Under the pieces are notes generated by a model. That model did not search any database, was not told the DNA's origin, and saw nothing but the letters and a program-made list of their open reading frames with translations. Shown here piece by piece: positions 1-8,161 of a stretch of 64,000 bases of DNA. Location: positions 6,437 through 70,436 of IMG/VR virus record IMGVR_UViG_3300020048_000114, one strand, 5' to 3'. Source of the DNA: a virus (taxonomy: Duplodnaviria > Caudoviricetes). A program made the position numbers and the translations under genes. Every line of letters begins with the position of its first letter. Position 1 is the stretch's first letter.

Positions 1-660
1 GATATTATAGAGGATAAAAATACAAAAGTAGTATTCGTCAAAGGACCAGCTGGAACATCAAAAACATTTACGGCAATTTATGCTGCATTGAAATTGATGA
101 ATAAAAAAGCCGTAAGTGATATTGTTTATGTCAGAACGATTGCCGAGAGTGCTTCCAAGTCACTTGGTTCTTTGCCAGGCGAGGCAAATGATAAAATGGC
201 ACCGTTCCTGATGCCCTTGAGGGACAAGCTCGACGAACTACTTCCTAAGCAGGATGTTGATATGTTGATAAAGGAAGAAAGGGTTCAAGGTATTCCCGTC
301 AACTATTTGAGAGGTGCATCGATCAATGCCAAGGTTGTCATAATCGACGAGGCTCAAAATCTAAATAGAAAAGAATTAATCACTGCACTTACCCGTATAG
401 GAAAATTCTCAAAATTTATTGTTCTTGGAGACGAATTCCAATCCGACATCAAAGATAGTGGATTTATGAAAATGTTTGACTTGTTCAACGATCAGTCGAG
501 TAAAGAACAAGGCATCTATAGTTTTGCTTTTACGAAGGATGACATCGTTCGGTCCGGCGTATTGAAGTTCATTGTTGAAAAAATAGAAGGAACATACACA
601 CCTCCTGAGAGTGATGGGTTCATTAGGCCGACCAATACCGATTGGAAGCCAGGCGAGTGA
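1..660 (+). CDS. phoH: PhoH-family ATPase (5'-partial; frame open from base 1)
   Basis: Frame 1 reads VFVKGPAGTSKT (Walker A) upstream of the track ORF. It also has YLRGASI, VIIDEAQN, LTRIG and GDxxQSD, all typical PhoH motifs. Confidence 0.93.
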   Translation, partial: DIIEDKNTKVVFVKGPAGTSKTFTAIYAALKLMNKKAVSDIVYVRTIAESASKSLGSLPGEANDKMAPFLMPLRDKLDELLPKQDVDMLIKEERVQGIPVNYLRGASINAKVVIIDEAQNLNRKELITALTRIGKFSKFIVLGDEFQSDIKDSGFMKMFDLFNDQSSKEQGIYSFAFTKDDIVRSGVLKFIVEKIEGTYTPPESDGFIRPTNTDWKPGE

Positions 661-676
661 TTTTTTAATTCTTGAC

Positions 677-704
677 ATCTCATACCCATATTTGGGTATG
701 AGAT
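677..704. promoter_or_regulatory. Perfect 12-bp inverted repeat covering the PEP-CTERM start codon, directly after TTGACA (672-677)
   Basis: atctcataccca-tatt-tgggtatgagat; ATG 698-700 lies in the right arm. Confidence 0.55.
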
Positions 705-1837
705 TTTCTGCATTATTTTTATTGGAGTTTTTGTCCGTAACATCTTTGTTTGGACAAGTTACGAACATTGGTTCGGAGGGAATTTCAAATGGATCGGCGC
801 CGTTAACAATTTCAAACCAAATTCGGTTGACGGCAAATCAAACATGGTCAACTGTCGGTCCATTCAATGTGACCGGATACATCGATGGAAACAATAAGAA
901 TTTAACATTGAATGGGGCCGGAAACATTGTCATATCAAATCAGATAAATCAAGTTAAAGATTTAACATTGATGGGGAGTGGGAATCGAGTGTTGGATATT
1001 ATCTCGAACACAAACACGGTAACGGTGTCCAGCACAGGAACAAACACATTCAACGGAACAATCAATTCTAAGAAGTTAACCGTCACAAGTGGTATCAACA
1101 CATTCAACGGAACGATAAACGTCCAGAATCAAGGCATAACAACATCAGGAACGACGAATACAACGTTCAATGGAGAAATAAACGCCGGGTCTAATGGAAT
1201 CACCATAAACGGAAGTGGAAATATAGTTTTTAACGGACAAATTCATAACGCTGGGTCGCTGAATATTAATGGTGTCGGAAATATCACACTTTCAGGCAAC
1301 GGCCAAAATAATATTGGGAATACCTATGTTAATGACGGAACATTGATAATGGATCAGACTAACGGAATTGCAATCAGCGGCGGATTGACGGTTGGATCAA
1401 ATGGAATTGTTCAATTTGAAGGAAACTCACAAACCCCATCATGGCAAAATGTAACTCTTGAAGAAGGCGCTACGTTATTTTTGGGAGACACAAATCAATC
1501 ATTCTCAAACCTCATTATTGAAGGGGATTCTGTGATTGATTTTGGTTCTGGCGGATCGACTCTAAACATCGGCAATATCACGGTGTTAAATGATGCTGTG
1601 TTGACCATCGCAAATTGGAACACATCGGTTGATTATTTTACAACCTCTGCAAATCCAAATAATGCAGTTGTTCAAATATATTATGCCGACACAGGCCAAT
1701 ATGCAACATGGACATCGGGTGGAGGTTTTATTAAACCTGGACAACCTGTTCCAGAACCTTCAACTTACGGATTTATTATGATTTCATTCGTCGTCAGCCT
1801 TGTATTCTTTAGAAGAAGTTATTATAACAAACGTTGA
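698..1837 (+). CDS. PEP-CTERM surface protein with beta-helix/passenger-like repeats
   Basis: ATG at 698 gives a signal-peptide-like N-terminus (MRFSALFLLEFLSVTSLFG). The body has G/N/T-rich repeats (TNTFNGTIN). The C-terminus is VPEPSTYG, a hydrophobic helix, then RR. Confidence 0.88.
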   Translation: MRFSALFLLEFLSVTSLFGQVTNIGSEGISNGSAPLTISNQIRLTANQTWSTVGPFNVTGYIDGNNKNLTLNGAGNIVISNQINQVKDLTLMGSGNRVLDIISNTNTVTVSSTGTNTFNGTINSKKLTVTSGINTFNGTINVQNQGITTSGTTNTTFNGEINAGSNGITINGSGNIVFNGQIHNAGSLNINGVGNITLSGNGQNNIGNTYVNDGTLIMDQTNGIAISGGLTVGSNGIVQFEGNSQTPSWQNVTLEEGATLFLGDTNQSFSNLIIEGDSVIDFGSGGSTLNIGNITVLNDAVLTIANWNTSVDYFTTSANPNNAVVQIYYADTGQYATWTSGGGFIKPGQPVPEPSTYGFIMISFVVSLVFFRRSYYNKR

Positions 1838-1872
1838 TTGACTTCCTGATTGGTGTATTCTAATGTATTCAA

Positions 1873-2544
1873 ATGAACTACTCAAGAAACCTAACAGAAG
1901 AACAGATTCAATCAAACTATAACGAATTCATTGAATTCATCAAATCATCGTTTAAGGGAGATAGACTTGAAAAACTTCTCCACATGTATTCAGAAGACGA
2001 GCTTGGATTGCGAGCGGCCATTGCACCAGCATCAGGAAATTTAAACTTCCATTTGGCACATGTCGGAGGATACATTCAACACATTATGAATGTAGTTAAC
2101 AATTCAAAGTATTATGGTATGCTTTATCAGAAAGCCGGTGGAACAATCGATTACACAGAGGAAGAGAGAATCTTCGCTGCACTACATCATGACTTGGGTA
2201 AATTGGGAGACCACGAAGGTAATCCATACTATCTCCCACAAGACGATGAATGGGCAAAGAAAAAGAAAAACGAATCGTTCAAACATAATCCAGCCTTACA
2301 GTGGATGGACGTAACAGACCGTGCTTTGTTTCTTCTTCAATATTACAAGATTGAAATCACTTGGAAAGAAACTCTTGGAATCAAATTGGCTGATGGTATC
2401 TACAATGACGCTTCGAAGAAATATTACATTGTTTATAATCCGGACAACAGTTTAAAGACAAGTCTTCCATACGTTATTCATGGAGGGGATTTCCTTTCAT
2501 GTAACGTGGAACGTGACTCTTATAAGAGAGACAACCCAAAGTAA
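1873..2544 (+). CDS. HD-domain phosphohydrolase
   Basis: H(x)GG..QHI motif, ALHHDLGK (HD) and a distal IHGGD. Confidence 0.8.
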   Translation: MNYSRNLTEEQIQSNYNEFIEFIKSSFKGDRLEKLLHMYSEDELGLRAAIAPASGNLNFHLAHVGGYIQHIMNVVNNSKYYGMLYQKAGGTIDYTEEERIFAALHHDLGKLGDHEGNPYYLPQDDEWAKKKKNESFKHNPALQWMDVTDRALFLLQYYKIEITWKETLGIKLADGIYNDASKKYYIVYNPDNSLKTSLPYVIHGGDFLSCNVERDSYKRDNPK

Positions 2545-2548
2545 TTTA

Positions 2549-2977
2549 TTACTCTTCTTCTCGGTCGTCGTCCTCTTGATCTTCTTTGGCCTCGTCCGAG
2601 TTTTGATTTTCTTTCCAGTTGTTGAAATTTTTAAGTTTCAACTCCAATAATTTGACCAAGGACACAATGATAAAACTTTGTTCATCCTTGGTCATTCCTC
2701 TTTGTTGAATGTGGGATGCTATCGATATAGCTTGTCTTAGAAGACTTTCTGTTCTTTGTGCTTGATTTGCTGGAGTTATTAATCCAGGCATCATGTCCAA
2801 ATCTTTTTCGGAACCAATCATTGCGTCGATCCTTTTTTCAAACGCTGCATCTCTCTCCTTTTTTGGAAGAGATTTTACTTCCTCTTGTATTTTCTCAAGA
2901 TCAGAATCGGGAATAAATTTTGCGATCTGAAACGATCTGAGGACATCCATCTTCTGTAGAATGTGAGTATTTGCCAT
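2549..2977 (-). CDS. Hypothetical protein
   Basis: 142-aa ORF filling the gap between neighbours, with an acidic tail. Confidence 0.6.
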   Translation of the reverse strand: MANTHILQKMDVLRSFQIAKFIPDSDLEKIQEEVKSLPKKERDAAFEKRIDAMIGSEKDLDMMPGLITPANQAQRTESLLRQAISIASHIQQRGMTKDEQSFIIVSLVKLLELKLKNFNNWKENQNSDEAKEDQEDDDREEE

Positions 2978-3036
2978 CGTTAATAAGTATTGACATTATC
3001 CCTATTATGTTGTTTCATATTAAAAATTATTTAAAA

Positions 3037-3972
3037 ATGTCTAAACACCCTTTATCTTTGTGCTGCTTGTCACCGTCTGTTGAAAAAGAATATGGTCTGA
3101 AAATGCAGACCGTGACCTATGCAAGTTTTAAAAAATTGTCGAGACAAGACGCTTTAAAATTGGTTTCCGACAAGACCATTAACAATCTCAAAACCACAAG
3201 AAAAATAATGGAATATTGCAACGATGTGTTGCAGATTTCAGGCTATCGAATGACCAGCAGCCTTGTTCCATTGATATCTTACAAAGAGGCAAATTTTTCT
3301 TGGTCGGATTTGCCCGAGTTTGATTTTATATCAAAAGAATTTAAGTCTCTTGGAGAATATTCAAAATCTGTTGGCCTTAGAGTGTCTTTCCATCCCGGGG
3401 AATATACAACTCTTACGTCGGACAATGAACAGTCTATTGAGGCGTCCATTTCCGATCTAAATACTCATGGACAGATTTTCGATATGATGGAGCTTCCACA
3501 AACTCCTTATGCACCTATAAATTTTCATATCAGAAAAGACGGCGATATCGATATTTTGGGTGCGGTTGCAAGGAAACATATTCGTCGCCTACCCGACTCT
3601 GTAAAAAATAGAATAACCTTGGAGGTAAATGATAACGTGAAAGGTGTGTGGACAGCCGAGAATCTAAAGAAACAATTTTACGACACCGTTGGCATACCCA
3701 TTACTTTCGACTCATTGCATTGTTCGATTTTGACAGGAGGCAAAACGTTGGAAGAAAATTACGACATTTCCCGTTCGACTTGGAATGGCATTCCACCAGT
3801 TTTCCACTTTTCCGTTGGCAAAGATGGAACCCGATCCCATGCAGATTTCAACGATGGTTCGATTCCTCCTTTTTACAAAAAACACGACGTTATTTGGGAT
3901 GTCGAACTTAAAGGAAAATGTGTTGCTATAAAAAAATTGGTTGAAGATATCGAGAAATCAAATTTGTTTTGA
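3037..3972 (+). CDS. uvsE: UV-damage endonuclease (UvsE/UvdE family)
   Basis: YRMTSSLVP, RVSFHPGEY, RITLEVND, PITFDSLH, FHFS, SHAD and DVELKGK match UvdE TIM-barrel motifs. Start refined to ATG 3037. Confidence 0.88.
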   Translation: MSKHPLSLCCLSPSVEKEYGLKMQTVTYASFKKLSRQDALKLVSDKTINNLKTTRKIMEYCNDVLQISGYRMTSSLVPLISYKEANFSWSDLPEFDFISKEFKSLGEYSKSVGLRVSFHPGEYTTLTSDNEQSIEASISDLNTHGQIFDMMELPQTPYAPINFHIRKDGDIDILGAVARKHIRRLPDSVKNRITLEVNDNVKGVWTAENLKKQFYDTVGIPITFDSLHCSILTGGKTLEENYDISRSTWNGIPPVFHFSVGKDGTRSHADFNDGSIPPFYKKHDVIWDVELKGKCVAIKKLVEDIEKSNLF

Positions 3973-4665
3973 TTTCCACTCAATACCTTTTCTATTTTTT
4001 GTAGGTTCTGCCAAGAATGCGTTGACCGCTTTCTTAACCGATGTGTGTATGTGGAAATCTCCTGAATTGTCCACGATTACAAAATTCTTTCCGAACAAGG
4101 CTTGATATTTTCCGATGTTGTTTTGTGCATTTTGCCACAATTGTTTAACGATATCTTCCGGTATCTTTCTTTTTCTTTTAGCATTTCTTTGTAGAGCAGA
4201 TTCAAGAGATGTATTGACGAACACCATCATACAGTCGTATCCAAGTCCTTCAAACAGTTCCTTTTTATCTTTTATCTTCTTAAAGTCTTCTCCCGTTCCG
4301 TCTATAATGATTCCCAATCGACCTTTTATATATTGAGACAATAGACTCTGTTGAGTAGCTTTCGCTTTACTTCTTAAAGAATCAGGTTCGGTGGATGTTA
4401 TTTTTTTGAATTCATCCGGCGGTAATTTTGTCAGATCGGAATCTATATCATTTTTTGTCAGCAATTTTTCAAATGTGATATCGCTATTAACAAGCTTCAA
4501 TCCGGTTGAACTTAGAGTTAAGTTTTTTGCTATTCCGAAAATGTCTGACACAACTCGACTTTTTCCTGATCCTGGTCCTCCAGCTGAGAACACACACTTC
4601 AATATTCCGGGATCACGAATGCCCTCGTCGATATTTTCCATCAAAAGGTCTTTAAGTTTAATCAT
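3958..4665 (-). CDS. P-loop nucleotide kinase (zeta-toxin/AAA_33-like) with a MIKLKDLLME leader
   Basis: AGGPGSGKS, LVNSD, IIIDGTG, MVFVNTSLESALQRNAKRKR. Start refined to 4665. Confidence 0.8.
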   Translation of the reverse strand: MIKLKDLLMENIDEGIRDPGILKCVFSAGGPGSGKSRVVSDIFGIAKNLTLSSTGLKLVNSDITFEKLLTKNDIDSDLTKLPPDEFKKITSTEPDSLRSKAKATQQSLLSQYIKGRLGIIIDGTGEDFKKIKDKKELFEGLGYDCMMVFVNTSLESALQRNAKRKRKIPEDIVKQLWQNAQNNIGKYQALFGKNFVIVDNSGDFHIHTSVKKAVNAFLAEPTKNRKGIEWKSKQI

Positions 4666-4666
4666 G

Positions 4667-5464
4667 TTAGTTTCCGGCCAAAAATACAAACGCTTTTATG
4701 CTAATAGGATCAAATGTATTAATTACTCTGTAGGCTTCTTGGATTGTGACTCCCTCTTCCATTGTGTCGTCGATTAATAGGACATTAGATTTGTGCAATT
4801 GTTCTATGAGGTTCACATCGTAGCCTGGCTTTATCTCATAGAACATTGAGAAGTAACGGCGAACGCTTTGACTTGCACCTGTCTTTTTTATTTCAAAATA
4901 ATCCTCTGGATGTGTGAGTTGCATTCTTTCCAAGACTTTCTTCGCATAATCATATCCTTTCTTGGAAGCTTCACCTTTGTCAACAACTTTCACATTCTTC
5001 CATTTTACTTTTGTTATGACGTTATCATAAACAATTGCAGACGGTATCATTTTTTTAATCTCTTCCGCAATCAATAAGTTTAATTTTGAAGTTGAACCCA
5101 ATGGAACGAGTGCGTCGATCTTATCCAACATCCCTTTGTTCTTCATGTATTTCAGCTTCCTAGAAATCAGTTTTGATAACAATTCTTTATTTTCTGGATT
5201 GTTGGAGTCTTTAACACCTTTTCGAATTGCGGTTTTAAATCCTTCCGGTGCCGACGCAGCTTGATTGAATGTATAGGCAGAGTATATTTTTATACCTTTT
5301 CTAACAAATTCATTTACCTTGAATGAAGCTGTTGGTAGAACTTCATCGGAATCACCAGAACCGATTGCAGGTTCTTTATCTGAAATTGTGGTTGTGTATT
5401 CTCCGTTCGTTCCCTTGGATGGGAACAAAGCCATTTCATTGATTATGTCTTTTAACTTAATCAC
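4667..5464 (-). CDS. Type I phosphoribosyltransferase-like protein with a (M)IKLKDIINE leader
   Basis: PRPP-binding-like VLLIDDTMEEGVTIQEA and LVPLGSTS. Probable GTG start at 5464, just after the upstream stop at 5476. Confidence 0.65.
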   Translation of the reverse strand: MIKLKDIINEMALFPSKGTNGEYTTTISDKEPAIGSGDSDEVLPTASFKVNEFVRKGIKIYSAYTFNQAASAPEGFKTAIRKGVKDSNNPENKELLSKLISRKLKYMKNKGMLDKIDALVPLGSTSKLNLLIAEEIKKMIPSAIVYDNVITKVKWKNVKVVDKGEASKKGYDYAKKVLERMQLTHPEDYFEIKKTGASQSVRRYFSMFYEIKPGYDVNLIEQLHKSNVLLIDDTMEEGVTIQEAYRVINTFDPISIKAFVFLAGN

Positions 5465-5475
5465 TGTATGGTGTC

Positions 5476-6210
5476 TTAGATTAATCCCATTACCAACAAC
5501 CAACTTGGTTCTCCATTTGGTCCTGTTCCATCCGGCTCAACTCTTGTTCCCAAAGGAGTTGATACGATTCCATCACTCGACATTTTTTCAAGTGCGTTGA
5601 TTGATGGAGTCGGTTTGAACTTTGTCAAATATTTACTTGCGTTCTGTATGCTCAAGGACCACCATTTTCCTTCTGAGAAAACGTAGATGTGTGTCGGTCT
5701 TTTTCCAAAGAACACATCAACGGTTTGCGAAGGCTTTAGAACAGGAACACCGTCTTTCGATTTCAATTCAGTTTTTACTTGAACTTTAACAGGCTGCTTT
5801 GTCAATCCTCTTGGAATTTTTCCGCCTTCGAAGTCTGTTTGTGTTCTCTTCAATTCATTTTCTTGGGCTGGTTGACCTTCGTTTTCATTGATTGTATTTG
5901 AGAAATATTTTTTGTATGTATTTTCATGATCGATGTCACCGTCGATTGCTTTTGGTTCTCCATTTTTCATCACAAGAGATTTCCACAATTTAGTTAAATC
6001 ATAACCGTTGTATATCTGTGGTTCTTTTTTTCTTTCATCGAAGAAGTTTATTACATCCAAAGGGGCTTGTTGTAAATCTTTTAAAAATAACAAGAATTTT
6101 TTTGGGTCTTCCCCCAATTCATTGAAAGAAGTTTCCATTACGGGTTGAGATTCTTTGATAATTTCTACAAAACATTCTCTTATGAGAGATTTAAGGTCGG
6201 ATTTGTTCAT
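5476..6210 (-). CDS. Hypothetical, probably two-domain head-packaged protein
   Basis: Leader MNKSDLKSLIRECFVEIIKE, internal INE|NEGQ junction, TATTTATA upstream. Confidence 0.6.
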   Translation of the reverse strand: MNKSDLKSLIRECFVEIIKESQPVMETSFNELGEDPKKFLLFLKDLQQAPLDVINFFDERKKEPQIYNGYDLTKLWKSLVMKNGEPKAIDGDIDHENTYKKYFSNTINENEGQPAQENELKRTQTDFEGGKIPRGLTKQPVKVQVKTELKSKDGVPVLKPSQTVDVFFGKRPTHIYVFSEGKWWSLSIQNASKYLTKFKPTPSINALEKMSSDGIVSTPLGTRVEPDGTGPNGEPSWLLVMGLI

Positions 6211-6250
6211 ATTGATTTATTTTAAAGTATAAATATATATGATTATTGTA

Positions 6251-8056
6251 TTATGGTTGTTTTTTCCATTCATATTTTAAATTCCCACAGTCCCAGATTC
6301 TATCATAACCATTGAGTTGCATGTTTTCCCATTCGGTTAAGTTTGGATCAAATGTTATAAGTTTTTTTGACAATTCCGATTTTCTAAAATTATATCGGTG
6401 TTTTAACTCATATGGGTTATTTGATTTGAAATACCAGTAATTAGGTGGAGACTGTTTTACTTTTGTAAATCCTATTTTATCATATAGCGCATTTAATCCA
6501 GAGTATCTTATGTCGGCAAATGTTGTTATTTTCGATGGATTATGGTTTTTTATGAAGTGTGATATGAATTTTCCAGCAATTCCGATCACAGATGTTTCTC
6601 CAACGCAGAATCTATACATTTCATATTCACCAACTGTTGGATTCTTTGTTCCAAGAGCAACTCTGGCTCCACCAAATGTCATAACCGAGACAAGGGTGTT
6701 GTTATAAAATGCTCCAAGCTTTATCGATGATTTATCCGATCCTTGGATGTGATTTTTGTTCAAAAAGTTAATACATTCTTTTGAGGGTATCTCTTTTATT
6801 ATACAATTTCTTGCGTATATGGGTTTTAAATCTCGCATTTTAAGTATGGATTTTAGTTTATTTTTTACTATTTCTTGGTTGTTAATCCATTCATTTTCGA
6901 AAATATGAATCAGTCTTATTCCAAGTTTTTCACATTCCAACGTTTTATTTAAGTGATATGATCTGTCTTTACCGCCCGATGATTCGGAATGCCAATAGAT
7001 TCCGTCAAATTCAATAGCAAGTTTTTTTGATGGAATATGGATGTCAAGTTCATATGGTGGAATTATTTGACGAGTTCCTTGTATAACTTCTTCCGATGTT
7101 AATGATTTTACATATTCAAATACTTCATTTTCGAGTTCGGATTTTGCTATTGGAAAACAAACTTTGCATCTTGGAATGTTTCCTGAATATAGATCGTCTT
7201 CAAATTGACTTTCACATTTATTACATTTGAATTTATATTTGTTATCGTGTTTTGATCCAATATAAGCCTCTCTATCAAACATCGGAGTGCATATACCATT
7301 CAATCTATCTCCATCAAACAACAGATTTACAAAGTTTTGTCTTAGTTTCAATTTGGATTTATTTTTATGCAATTCTGTCTGTGAAATATTTGTCACCCCA
7401 TATTTTTCATTCAATGAATTTAACATTTTTTCTCTATCTCTCAATGGTGTATCAACTCCATATCTTTCCAAGTTTGTCTTTTTAATTGTTTCTTTTACTT
7501 CATCCGATTGGGTTGCAAATTCAAATCCGTATTTGTCTTTAATTGATGATTTTATTTTTTCTGACGTTTCGATTGATGCAAATCCCTGTCCACCGAAGTT
7601 TTTTATTGCGGTTTCCAAACTTTTCTTTTTTATGTCCTCGTTTTGTTGAGCATATTCAACACCATATCTATCTAACATGGCTTTTCTAAATTTTTCGCCA
7701 TATTCTTCTGTTTTGGAATAATGATCGACTCCATATTTTTCCATGAAAATTGACTTCATTTTGTTTTTATGATCGTCGGTTTTTGTGTGACTATCAACTC
7801 CATATTTTGATATACAAGTTTTTTTAGCCAATTCAACTTTTTTAACATTAACTTCAATGTCGTTGGCAGCACATTTGGAACAACAATATTTTTGATTTCT
7901 ATATTTCCTATGTGAAAATTCAATCAGACACGTTTTACAATTTGATGTTGTAAACGACTCGTTTTTTCTTGAAACATCTCGGCATTTCATTGAACAATAA
8001 TGTTTATTTATTGTATCTGTTTGACAGACCTTACATTTGTTCATTGATTTCTCCAT
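6251..8056 (-). mobile_element. Hef-like endonuclease gene, copy 1 (Zn ribbons + KYGV repeats + Vsr-like nuclease + GNAT/Mom-like C-domain)
   Basis: CxxC...YCSxxC, KYGV repeats, LAIEFDGIYWHSE, LIHIFENEW, IYARNC, NHIQG, TFADIRYS, GYDRIWDCG. Confidence 0.8.
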
Positions 8057-8111
8057 ATAGTATTTTGTATTTGAATATAAATATAGACCAACAATACATT
8101 ATACGCATAAA

Positions 8112-8139
8112 AAATCCACCAATTTTTGTTGGTGGATTT
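8112..8139 (-). terminator. Rho-independent terminator after tail sheath
   Basis: aaatccaccaa-6 nt-ttggtggattt hairpin followed by a U-run on the minus strand. Confidence 0.75.
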
Positions 8140-8161
8140 GAGTTAACAGATGAAAACTTTC

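Noticed and set aside
2971-3036. Track starts upstream of refined starts (2971, 4689, 5503, 11155, 21689, 23687, 43023, 60447, 63162)
   Set aside because: These extensions overlap neighbouring genes or promoter-like DNA; downstream starts fit operon packing and leader patterns better.
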